A stretch of DNA of 64,000 bases from positions 1 through 64,000 of the forward strand of contig OZ316895.1 of NCBI GenBank assembly GCA_973895155.1. The letters run 5' to 3'. Source of the DNA: Marsupella aquatica. Taxonomy: Eukaryota; Plantae; Marchantiophyta. The notes beneath the pieces are model-generated. The model saw only the letters and a program-made list of their open reading frames with translations, searched no databases and was not told the DNA's origin. Of the stretch, positions 13,021-25,500 are shown piece by piece (the stretch's first letter is position 1; every line of letters starts with the position of its first letter). The translations under genes and the position numbers were made by a program.

Positions 13021-14134
13021 GTGCATGATATCCACGTATATGGCCCAATTTCCTAAATAATATGAACCATAATACCGCATTACATGACCTCAACTTTTGT
13101 ATCTCTTACTGACAATGGCCATTTATCATGTAAACAGTGTCAACAGTGTGTGGTTTTCTCAGAATACTCTAAACCCTAAACCTTGTTCCTTTTCTTTCAA
13201 TAGTGTTGTGTGGGTTTATCAGAATACTTGGCCTTTACAGATGAACACCTTTTAAGATTAAGAGTGTACCAAGGGTTAGCGCGAGGTGCAATACAATGCC
13301 CACAACAAGATAGATTAGGCAATTCAACCATACTACCCTGCTGTGCCTGTTTGTTCCCGAAAAAACCTTCACCCATACTGGAAGGTTGCCCATTCAACCT
13401 CCTTATAGTAGCAGACTGAACAGAAATCATCACAACTAATCCAAAAACGCAGACTACTGGACAGTACAGTGAGTACTTCTGATTATTATACAGTAAGAGT
13501 GTGTGTGGTCAGTGATGATGTGGTTTGTCAATAGCTTCTCATCCCACTTTATAAAAACAACAGTGAGGACAGTCTGACCAGCACCGCATTTCTTCATTAA
13601 TGAACATGTCTGTTTACGGTAGTCCACAAAACAAGACATTCCACTCGTAAACAAAATAAGACATTCCACTTAGAGCAGCATTGCTCTCCTATTGTTCAAC
13701 TGAGTAATCACTTATCAAAGTGGCTTCAACTGTGGCTGTGCGTTATAGAATACCCCCATCCCACGTACCCCCCTTCACCTTCAATACTGTAATTTTGATA
13801 CGTAAAGACTTTCGTGGCTTTTCTCTTTGTATATTTGAGTGCATTAATTCTCCATAATGCACCCCTTTTTTTGAGGAGGGGATTATACAAAACACCTACC
13901 TGATACTAACACAATATCTATGAATAGAATCTAATATAACTAAAGAAGGTATATTTTTGGCCAATTCCATAGCAACCACTTCTTGGATGACCCTTTAATT
14001 TGAATTTTCTATTTCAGGGATTCACTTTTTCTTGTTTGTTACCAAAAAGTCACTCAAGTTTTTACGTACATTAAATGTCCTAGTTACGGGCATTATATCC
14101 CACAATGCCCTCTAACCAGGACATTATCCTATTA

Positions 14135-14395
14135 ATACCCTTCAGAGCACATGGGCATTAATTTGCATTACCCCAGCCCATGGTGGCTGTGCATTTTAGA
14201 ATACCCCATCCCTCATACCCCCAACCTTCAAAATACTGTAATTTGATACATACATACCCTTCGGAGCACATTGGCACTTGCATTACCCCAACACATGGTG
14301 GCTGTGCGTTTTGGAATACCCCATCCCTCGTAACCCCCAACCTTCAAAATACTGTAATTTGAAACATACATACCCATCTGAGCACATGGGCATTT
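14135..14395. repeat. about 2 units of the ~116-bp tandem repeat
   Basis: gcattacccca.c.catggtggctgtgc.tttt.gaataccccatccctc.ta.ccccaaccttcaaaatactgtaatttg, the same unit as the array at 36110-37640. Confidence 0.88.
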
Positions 14396-15909
14396 CCCAC
14401 GTCCAAAATTTTGTATCTCATTTCCCACGTCCAAAATTGAATGGTGACACATTTGATGCTAACGGAGTTTAAAGGTTTCAACATGAAAGCTATGGGAGTC
14501 TACGGTTTAACCGGAAATGTTATGGGAGCCTCCACTTTAACCGGAAATGTTGTGGGAGTCCATATGCTGAAACTTGGAGACATACCATGTATCGCATGTG
14601 AGACACAGCCTTTACATAAGAGTGTTGTATGGTGGGTTGGACAGTGAAGGCGATTTGGGTCCTAGGAGTGTCTGAATGGAGTTGCAACACAGATGGAGGT
14701 GAGTAGCAAGGCATGGATACCGCAACCATGGATGTTGTACAGAAGAGAAGCTCCATCACTGCACACTCAGCCTGAAACCATGCCACGCCACTGCCACCAG
14801 TAAGCATAAAAAATGCAACCATTCGGAAATGCCTTCGCTCGAAGACTGCATCCGACAGTGAATGACTCTAATCCATCACTTGCTGCAATTATTGACGATG
14901 TCAGTACGCCATCCAAGCGATGCAAGATTCAAGATGCAGATTGAAGGGAATTTGGAGGTGGCGAGCACAGTCAGGACCAGATTGAAGGCCAGCGACAGGA
15001 ATTCTCGAAGGCCAATGCTTCCCGACCAAAATACCGACCCAACAATAATGCAGAAGGGAATTTGAAGGTGACGAGCACATTAAGGAACCAGATTGAAGGC
15101 TGGTACAAGAATTCTAGAAGCATTGACCAAGCTTTGTTTCCTTTGTATTTCTCACGAACCCAAATTGAATGGTGACACTTTTGATGCTAACGGAGTCCAA
15201 TGGTTTCAACATGAATGTTATAGCTGCAAAAGACATTTATTGGAAATGTTATGGGAGTGCGGGACTACAAGTGAGTCACAATGAATGCTAGTGGTGTATG
15301 AACACTTAAAAAATAATGTTATGGGAGCCTACGGCAACCACCCGTAAGTCACCCTAATCAATACTAGTGGAGTTTAAAGGTTTTGATAATAATGTTGTGG
15401 GAGTCCAAATAATGAAATGTTGAGACCGTGCACTGCATGTAGGAGACCATGCACCGCGGTCCCTAAATACCCTGAAATGGCCTGAAGACCGGCCTCATTG
15501 CACGCGCTGTGCAGAGAAGATATATACAGGAGGCCCTGGCCGGCCGGCCTGAACATTCAACCCCTCTAGCAACCCAATCGGTGCGGAGACAATAACGGAC
15601 CGACCGGAGGTCGGGACGTTATTGTCGACGCACGTTTTTATTTTTTAGGGTTTTCTCCAAGGTTTTTTGAGGCAGATTTTTAGGGTTTTTTCCAGAAAAT
15701 ATTCACGCATAAATTGCTGGCCAAGATGGATTCCCCGGGGAAAACCTTCCCCCTTTTTTCTCCCTCTTTTTCCGGAATTTTTCGGGCTTTTTTCGGGCCT
15801 GATTCGGCCTTTTTTGGAGGGCCTTTTCACCCCAAAAAACCATGCCCCAAAACTGATGGACCACTTCGAAAACAAGGGGCGAAAACTCGGGGCCAAACTC
15901 GGGGTGAAA

Positions 15910-15933
15910 AACCCTAAACCCTAAACCCTAAAC
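15910..15933 (-). repeat. interstitial telomeric tract (CCCTAAA)3
   Basis: aaccctaaaccctaaaccctaaac. Confidence 0.85.
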
Positions 15934-17562
15934 AAGCTTTGGAACGGACAAAGATACCATGAGAATGTTTGGAGTTCTCTCAGAGCAGTCGCGAATTGAC
16001 TCAAAGTCAGGCACCTGTTTTAACTGACAGATATGGAGGCAACTCTGGGGACGGTGACGGTTAAAGTGTAATGCATCAGACTTGCAAGTTCAGGCCTATG
16101 GGGATGGTCCTGTCGCTATGAGGCCTTTTGCACATCTTTGAGCCCGCAGCTCTTTATTAATTAACTTGGGATGGTGAGTTTATGGATCATCTCCCTTCCA
16201 TTGAATTTCACCTTATTTTCTCCCCGCTACTTCCCTTGCTTTCTCCCCATTATTGGGACTCCTGCGAGCCTTTTCTTAGTGGCTAGATTCCACATCTGTG
16301 ACATGTCTTTACCACATTTGACAAAAATCGGCCAGCTGAAACCCTTTTCCTTAGTGGCGAAAATTCCCTACATTCCACCTCTGTGACAAGCCTTTACCAC
16401 ATTTGGCGAAAATTGGCTACATCTGAAATCTGAGGTCTCTTCACTCCTTCCCAACTGAACCAAATTTTAATGTCCAACCACACTTTATGACGTCATATCA
16501 TGAAGCATGGGACTCACCAAAGACATTGTATCTACTGTACACCTAATCTGCGCCACGCAAGTTTCCAAATGGGAAACTTCGATCACACAAACCAACCAGA
16601 AGCCCAAGATGCATACAGTATTTAGCTACAAAGTCTTGATTGAAACCGGCCTTCCTAGCCTTGATTCAAACCTAGTACACAGATCACCTACGGCAGGGAT
16701 TTGCGTCATTTTGATGGAGCTCCATGAGCTTAGATCTCAATTCGTTGGCGTGCTCCACGTATTGGTTAACAGCTGATTAGCCACTCTCCCCAGTGAATTG
16801 TTTTAGACTCTCTTTAGTACGTACGGTTGGGTATACTTGGTACTAATTAATTCTTTGTCCCAAGTTCGTCTAATTAAGTCAACCCAATCCCTTAGTTTTG
16901 CCCTGCAAATTTATAGTAACATGGGCAGGAAGCGCTTGCCATATATCGGAGATTCAGTGGATGTTGAGCGCACTGTCTAACATAGGCACTAAAAGTTGTT
17001 CTCACATTGAACGGATTTCGGAAAGCTTGACACATGAAATCAAAGGGTCTAATACTAGGAATGCCGAGAGTGCATGGCTTAAATTACTAGTCTGGTGTTC
17101 CTTTCAAGTCCGGTCACTTCGGTTGTTGTGGACTATCGAGTTTGAAGTACAGTACGTGGAATACTAGCTTTGCGGAATCAGGGGCCATGCGGTGTTGTGC
17201 TCAGACGAAGTCATGTCCCCAGGTGCATAGTATTTGAGCCCGATTTTAAAGTTGATTGGTCTAGGTTGCCATGCGTTTGTCATGAAGTCAAGCATGAAGT
17301 CAAGCATTGGCCACGCGGAGATGGCTCCTTCCTTGGTGACTTCCAGCAATTCGTACTGTTGTTTACTTTTTGTGTCTCGGTTGGTTGGTTCGTCACAACT
17401 TACAATGATACCAAGTTCGGACAATTGAATCAGATATTCATTCAGCGATTTGATTTTTCTTTTCGAACGGAAAAGTATACTCATGAAGGAAAAGTGAATC
17501 AACGCTACAGATCGTGTGGTTCATCTTCTCTCCAGTTGGTCTCTCAAAATTATATCATGTTT

Positions 17563-17639
17563 CCAGAATGACCGATGGCACCGGATTGATCCGGCCCCGG
17601 GTTTAGGGTCAATCAATCCGGTGCCATCGGTCATTCTGG
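17563..17639. repeat. perfect 28-bp inverted repeat with a 21-bp spacer containing GGGTTTAGGG
   Basis: ccagaatgaccgatggcaccggattgat (17563-17590) pairs with atcaatccggtgccatcggtcattctgg (17612-17639). Confidence 0.95.
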
Positions 17640-18272
17640 TCCAAGCGGTGTACTTAGACCTGACTTCATCTTGTTAATTATTGGTACGAGAGTGCATTGA
17701 ACTCCATGGCTAAGGACATGCGCTTGATCTTTGAAAGCTGAAGCTTGCTGTATAAAAAGCCCCCTAGCTGAACCACAGAACTTTTAGTGTGATATCACCA
17801 TGATTTACTTCTGTTCTATATAAGACTACATTCAAAACCAAGACAATCTTTTGCCATCTTGAATACCGTCTTTCAATAATATTATACACATCGGACTGGA
17901 TTTGAAATGTGGGTCAATCAAGCATGAAACTGCCAATGGGATTATCTCAATGCTATCAAATACCCCCTCTGAGAGGAACTGGTGGAGAGATTAGAACAAT
18001 CAAACGGAATTTGGATAGGAAAGTAGCACTTTAGAAGAATGAAAGTTTATATAGGAAGAGATTTCATCAATCGCATGACAGAGACCATAATAAAATCTAG
18101 CGGTGTGCTGGCTGAAGGAAGATCAAATCAGGAGCTGGATCCTCTGTTTTGTGGGCAACAGCTGGACCCTGACCTTGACCCCGGCCCCATCTAGGAGAAG
18201 CAGTTGGAACAATTGGCGTTTTTGAGTGTACGATTAGTTGTTCTACCATAGCAGGATGGATGGGTTGATTCA

Positions 18273-21200
18273 CTACGAATCCTGATTTGAAATAGGATGA
18301 ACTTCATCAATAACCTTCAAAGTGCTCTCAGCTGATTGAATTGACAGTCCACGCATCAGTCTTTTGAGGTACACGAGAGATTCCGGAGGGGCATGGATTA
18401 TTTGCAACCAGACACTCAATGCAAGAGCAGAACCTTCGGTAACCGCAAGGTCCTCTGTCTCCCCTGTATGGGCTCCAGCTTGGGCGACGAAAAGTTCCAC
18501 TCCTGCCCGTGGCCTGTAGATGAAGCCACGAGTTATATATTGAACACTCATTACAAGCACAGAAACACCTGAAACACGAAAGTTTTTAAAACATTCATTT
18601 GCTTCAGTAATTGAGTCCCTTCCAACCTGCTTTGAAGGACTCCACTTTTTGGAAAATCACAATAATAGTATTCCGACGGAAACGGAACTATTTCCTGCAG
18701 CAATCTTGTTCCCCGTACAACCCCGAGCAAAGTATGTTGTTTTTGAGCGCCCAAAACAGAAATGACAGCCCACCTGCTAAGATTCACGAGAGCATGTTCC
18801 AGAGGCCCACTAGACAAAGCCCCACCAAATCCTTGGCCCCTACTGCCTTCCGCACCACTCTGAATAGCATAAGTGCGCAGATCATCCAAAACTCCAATCT
18901 CAGTTTGCTCAAGTCGACGAAAAAAATCGAGTGCTACTGCACCCACATGTAAAGAGGGATTGACCGGTTGCGGGGAGAGCACACCAGTTGAGCAGAATGT
19001 GAGAAGGAACAGAAGCTCTTGAGAGCATCCCGACACTCTGTTGGTCGATGCCCATGAAAGAAATGGAAAGCAAGTCATATTCCTCACTTAAAGTCCTCAA
19101 CCTTGACGCCAGTAAGTGGATCTGTTCTGTGCTGGCCTTCAAAGCTGAACCCAAGGATTTCATGTCATTGTTCTTATATACATCTTCCAGGTCAATTACT
19201 CCTGAATCTGTCAGAAGCACAGCCAACCTGTGAATTTGTATCCTGAGATAAGAACCATGTTCGTTCTCTTGGTGAACCTCATTGACTTCGCAAGGCCTAT
19301 CTAGATTCCTCAACAAACAAATGGCAGCATCACATTTACAGATTCGTGTCATTGACAAGTCGGGTTCTCTACAGCTGTCGATATCGTACACTGCCCTAGG
19401 AAGATCAGAAATAGTTTTTACGCGGTGGTTTACAATCCCAAAGTTTTGCACTGTCATGCAGGGAGCTCTTCATACCTGTATCAAGCGAAGAATACGAGCT
19501 AATACACCAACCAGCTCAGAGATACATTCAAGCATTTGCAATCGGAAAGTTAGCATCCACCGTTGAAATTCAAACATTCGCTCAAGACTGCTTATAGAAT
19601 TATGGAGAAGTGACACTTTCCAGGCTAGCCTTTTTGACTTGGGAAGATTGCTGGGAGTCGGAACAGTTTGAAGTATACTTCTCCTTGCAATTCTCTAGGT
19701 CTCCACCTAACGTAATGTACATGAGAACATTTGTGCTAGCAGACGCATCCATCCGCTCATTAGCGCCTTTAGCCCCTTTCTTTGCATCCTTGCCAATCTG
19801 AACAACAGCCTCTGCTTTTGATGGATAAGACAGGGCCTTCAATCAAAAGTAGCAACCCTCAGAACTGATCGTCTCTACCAAACCATCAAATGTAAAGTAA
19901 GCCGAATCCCATAGTGCACTGAGTGCACCTTGCTTTCCAACCTCATAACAGATCCCAAAGTTGCCACCCAAAAGTTTGGTTCCAAGCTTTTGAACGGTCC
20001 TTCTGCTCTGGGCCAGAAGTCTAGGGCTTCTTTGTCCTGCATAGGTTTTGCAGGCAGCCAGCTTCTCTATCTCGGGCCCTTGTCTAACAGATATTGTCAG
20101 GGTTTTTAGGGAATCAAGAGCAAGCGCTACTTTCATAAGAGCTTGAAGAGTTGGAATAAGCGCTGCATATGGAGTATCTACAGTAATTAAAGCACATACC
20201 AACTGAAGGAGCCTCCTGTAAATATCCTCTATAATATTTGGCTTGTACTCTGAAAGTGATGCACACGCAGATAGGCATCTACCTATCTGTCAGTAAAAAT
20301 TCTATCTCACCATAAGTAGAACCTTTTGCCTTCATAGATTCCATTCCTACATTCGCTGAGTCATTTTGCTCTTGTCGTTCGCCATACCTGTCATCTACAA
20401 TAGTCTCCTGGTCTGAAATTATTTCGGAGTCTTCATCTTCGTTTCCCTTCCTTTGCTTGAAGTTTCGCCGAGTAAGTGCTTCCATGACACCTGCTAAACT
20501 GTCTACCACGTGCCAGACCACAGGTGGATAAGCCTGCACCAACTTCAGCAACAATACACAAACCGTCGAAACTTTTTGCTTGGTGAGACCCATGGTTTCC
20601 TCCTCTTTTACTGAGACTAAACCTGTCTTTCTCATTTCTCAGGATCTCCTTGCAACTAAACCAGTTACAGACGCTTGATCACACAAAAGAAAGCATACTC
20701 GCGTGCTTAACTCCATCAATTCTGCCCAGTGATCTGAAGGCCCACTCTGCAATTTAAGTTTCTTGATATCGCGGACTCATCGACTAAAAGTGACAGTGCC
20801 TGTGCGATAACCGGCCAAACATCACAGAAGGCAGCCAATTCTATCCATGAGATGATTCGAAGTAGATGTGCGAACTCCAGTGTTGATGAAACAGCTGAAA
20901 TGATGTCAGGACAAAACGTAGTTAAGTAACTTAAGGAGCCAATTTGGAAAGTTGCGCCAAAGGACACATTTCTGGAGACATTGGATCATAACATAATTCT
21001 GCAAATTGCAGTTATGAACAGGATACAATCTTGACAAGGGGCTGCACAAAACATTTTGTATGAGTTCCTGAATTTCTTGATCGACAACTATGCGTCACAA
21101 CTACAAATACCTTCTGAATAACTCGAAATGCAAGTGTATGCAAAGTTGATGGTACAGTCATATCTTGCACAACTGCGAAAACTCCCTCGAAGATATTGTC

Positions 21201-21930
21201 GCTAGCTTCTATACCGCAGAATACTTGTGGGACCAACTTGCTTAAACATTTCAGAGCTACAGCACGGACATTCATTCAAGGGTCACCGGCAATATAAGTA
21301 GGTAGGAGATCCACCTGAAAGTACCAGGAAGTATTTTAGTGAAGCTTAGCCTTACAAATTGTCAATGTGGCTCAATTGGAAGAGTATAACGGAAAATCGT
21401 GCTATATGGGAGAGGCGAGTTGTACCTGGTTCCCCATAATAACACTGGACCCAGCGGCAAGCATTGTGAGAGATACGAGCATAGTGTTACAATCTCATCA
21501 AGAGGGTATCTTAGCAATATGCACCTTCCCATCTGCAGGTCGGAACGTCGAACTTAGCACCTTTCTTTCCATCACTTACATATTACAATTTTCCACGTGA
21601 GCCACTCTAAAGTACACCTTGCAAAGCAAAGAAGGCAAATTCTTTTAACATCCGTGAGGTCGCACATCACAACAATCCAAACTACACAAAGACCTAACCC
21701 AGCTGAACCGGTTCCAATCTCACCAAAGCTGAAGTATGGTAACCAAAACAAGAAACGTAGCCCTGCCATGTCCCCGAGAAGTTTAGTCTGGGCACAGTAC
21801 TGACCTCAAAAGCTTGCAGAGAAAGCACAGATGAGTTACCAAGCCTGGCAAAGAGGCGAACTGCCAACACTTTCACCTTAGCGTACATTCTCTGGTCCCT
21901 CGTAGAGAACCCATGCTGACAAGACAAGTC
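18273..21930 (-). pseudogene. INTS7: Integrator complex subunit 7-like (ARM-repeat) gene, truncated and frameshifted, introns retained
   Basis: The fragments KVKVLAVRLFARLGNSSVLSLQAFE, NVRAVALKCLSKL...TLAFRVIQK and RPRAGVELF...LAVTEGSALALSVWLQ are colinear with recalled plant INTS7. There are many stops and frameshifts, and GT donors at about 21803 and 21110. Confidence 0.7.
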
Positions 21931-22048
21931 TTATCTCTGTCATTTCAGAAAATGCACGTCAAGTGTTAGGGGGTGTCGAGTATGTTATATTACAGCAATT
22001 TTTGTGTGAATTCTTCACTTTCAGGATCGTTTTCAAGTAGTCTATACT

Positions 22049-22562
22049 TTCGTACCAGGAACATCTCTGCCTTCTTTCTCGATTGAAGGCGGACCACTCC
22101 GGTGGTAGATGCACACATGTCACCTTCCACTCTGACTGGTTTGTCAACTTCCTCTGACGTACTATTATCAGGAGCTCTATAAAATGATGCATTATCCTCA
22201 ACTGCTACTTTCTCTAAGCTCTTGCTCTCTGTTTCATGCAATTGCTCTTCATTCCTATCTACTAGTTCAGCATTCCCATTCACAGATCCTAGTCTACTGT
22301 TGCCATTCTTCTTCACGGTTGGTTTATCAGAGATTCCATTTACATGACCGAAAGAAACATCTGCTTGTTGTGGTCACTTACGAGCCTCTAGGACGTCCGC
22401 CCTTGGAATGCCTGGACTACTCGGGGTCCATCTATTTGTAAGGTCCAGCAATATTTCCATTCAGGAGACCCAATCCATTGCTTGGCGGGGATGAATTCAC
22501 AATTGGTTTACCTATCCTATTAGAGAAAAACATTGCAGGCACCTTACGCCGCTTCATGAACT
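22049..22562 (-). pseudogene. NADK2: chloroplast NAD kinase 2, downstream piece (linker up to the start of the catalytic region)
   Basis: FMKRRKV...VEGDMCASTTGVVRLQSRKKAEMFLVR is the conserved NADK2 motif preceding the kinase domain. Similarity stops abruptly after it. Confidence 0.85.
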
Positions 22563-25500
22563 CTTTTTTAAAATTTTTAATTGACAAACGAATCAAGCTC
22601 TTAGCGACTCTGTGAAACACTTCAGATTTATATAAACATGTCGGGAAATCATTTGAACTTTCGGAGGCAATCCTATCTTCGGGGCAGTAATCCTCTCAGG
22701 CCTGTCTATTGTGGCTTGCTGAACTGATGGCACTTACCCGGTTAACTACTCAATTCAAAGCCCAGGCACCAGAATAGTTGTAGACGTCCCTGTGAACTGA
22801 CTAAAAGGCATTCTCTAGATGGCGTCCAGCTGCTTCGGCTCAAAGAAATCAAACGATACTTCCCTTTGAACCCCCCACAGCGCAGCAGGACCGAAATGAA
22901 ACTCATCGCAAAATTATAGCTTCCTTTAAGAACCTCGACTTTCTACCAGAGGTCTGATGAGCTCCAAAATCTGCACAACTTCTGCCATGGAAGGGGGATT
23001 CAAAGGAACTTGTGATGTGCAAATAAGACCAAGTTTGATGATGGGAAGAACTTCGTCTTCAGGGAAATGGCGAAGCTTCGGGTCAACACAGAAAAGGACC
23101 CGACCTTCGTCCAGCAGAGCACGAACAAAATCACACAATATTACAACATCATCTTCCATATACTCTACGGGCCGTCTTCCTGTAACAAGCTCCAGTAGCA
23201 AAACTCCAAACCCATACACATCGCACTTCTCTGTAATTTTCAGGCTTTGACATGCAAACTCTGGTGCCATATAGCCCAAGGCACTCTGCATTTTACTGCT
23301 CATCACGTAGGAGTCCAACTTTGGTAGAAGCTTGGCGAGATAGTAATCTGATAGACGTGCCTCGTACTCTTCATCGAGTAGAATATTGGGATTTCACATC
23401 GTAATGTCGTAATGTATGAGTTGTGGGGTACATCCATGGTGAAGGTGAGCAAGCCCGTTAGCTATACCTAGGGCAATCTTTAAATCTCACGCGCCAGCTC
23501 AATGGGGGCTCATCTTCTCGCCTTTCGTGCAGTTGGCTGTACAAGTTACCATTCTGGAGGTAGTCATAGACCAGAAGCTGTAGTTGCTCTGTCCAGTAAT
23601 AGCCTTGCAAGCTTACAAGATGTGGGTGCCTAACATTTCCGAGCATATGAACGACCTTTTCAAAATCGTCGCTGGTCTTAACAAGCCTCCCCACCATCAG
23701 CTTCTTCACAGCAACAGTCTCGCCATGCGCCAAAACGGCTTTGAACACGGTTCCAAAACCGCCCCTGCCAATCTCACAGTCTTTGTTGAATATTGCATGT
23801 GTGCTTGTCATCCAGTCATCCGACTTGGGGTCACTTTTCCAAGTGAACATCACCAATTTCCCCATTGCCATCTCAGCGGTATTTGGAGATTGAGGATCGC
23901 TGTCGACGGTGCAGACATTCGACCTGCGCCTCGTCTGGGTGTACATGTTTAATAGAGTGACCATAATCACTCCCAAAGCAATAGCCGCTGCAGCCGAAAT
24001 AGACGTAATAGCCGAGACGCTCAATATAGTCTGACTTCTCTTGCTCTTGAACAGGGGAGAGAGGCCTCCTGGCTGTGAATTCGGGTCGTTTGGATTTATG
24101 ATGAGTGGGTTGGGAAACGTTGAACACGAGAGGTTGATAGCTGATCCACAGAGCCCCGTATTCTGGTCAAACGCAGAGGTGTTCGTATGATTAAAGACAC
24201 CACCAGTGGGTATAGGACCCTGCAATTGATTATGAGAGACGTTTATCGCCTGAAGATTTTGCAGTTGGCCCAGATCGTCTGGTATCTGTCCCGTAAAGAA
24301 ATTGATCGAGAGGTCCAGAAACTCCAGGTTTACGAGCCGGCCTAAATCGTTCGGAAGTAAATCGTTCGGAAGTAAATCTCTCTCAAGTCTACAAGAGAAG
24401 TCGCATTGCCAAGCTCGCCTGGCAAGGAGCCATTGAGAAAATTGCCATTAAGCCGCAATATTCGAGTTGAAGGAGCGTTTCCTAAGCTGGCGGGAATGGT
24501 GCCGATCACATAGTTGTCGCTGAGGTCAAGGGCAGCCAGAAAAGGCAGAGAATCAAAGTCAATTGGAACATACGACGCTAGCATGTTTCCGGATAAGCTC
24601 AAATAGTGGAGGCTGGAGCAGGACGAAAGATTGGGGGGAACAGCACCGGAAAGGCCATTGTGAGATAGGTCCAGCCACTGTAGATTTTGACAGCCGCCAC
24701 TTGAAGAGTAATCGGGAACACCTCCAGTGAAGAAATTGTTGGACAGACGGATCACCCGCGGAAGAGTAGTCAGCTTGAGGGGAATGTTCCCAGTGAGGTT
24801 ATTCCAACTGAGGTCGATGGTCTCCAGCGTCTGCAGGGACCGGAAAGACGAAGGGATCTGGCCTCCAAATTGGTTCCCAGCCAAATTGAGCGATGTCAAA
24901 CATATCATGTTGAAGAGCCAAGACGGGATGCTACCGGATAAATAGTTCCAACCCAAGTCAAAGTACGGAGAGAAACCTCAAGTTGCCCAGCTGGAGTGGC
25001 AGCTCGCCAGAGAAGTGGTTCGAGTTCAGAACGAGTTCCTGCAGGAGCCCACAGTTGCCAAGCTCTGAGGGGACTTGCCCTGAAAAGCCATTTCCCTGGA
25101 GACTCAGGGAAGTCAGATTGGTCAAGAAACCAACACCCACTGGAATTTGGCTTGAGAGAGAATTGTAGGAAAGGTCCATAGTTTGCAAACCTGCCAGAGA
25201 AAGAATTAGAAGAGAAGTTCAGTTCCTGCAGTTCCAAGCAAGAGCCAACGGAGAGAGGTATCGGGCCCTTAAGCCGGTTATTAGCCACAGAGATGTACCG
25301 CAAGCTCTGGCAATCGTTTGAAAAGATCTGCGGAGGGAGTGGTCCCGAGAGACCATTATTGGACAGATCAAGGGAGTAGAGGCTTCCAGCATTGCCAAAT
25401 TCAGACGGTATGGTACCGCTGAGGGCGTTGTGACTAAAGTTCATCGATCCCAGCTTTGGAATCTGGGCAAGCTCTGGGTTGATGATGCCGGAGAAGTTGT

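Larger units (their letters stand above)
9950..15570. mobile_element. copy A of a large repeat-rich composite element (shorter, internally deleted version); class unresolved
   Basis: About 9950-13428 is colinear and highly similar to about 30648-33895. About 14410-15531 matches about 42420-43534. Both copies share the same internal repeat families. No transposase is seen. Confidence 0.7.

Noticed and set aside
17164-17502. 112-aa minus-strand ORF
   Set aside because: It may be a gene relic but has no assignable motif.
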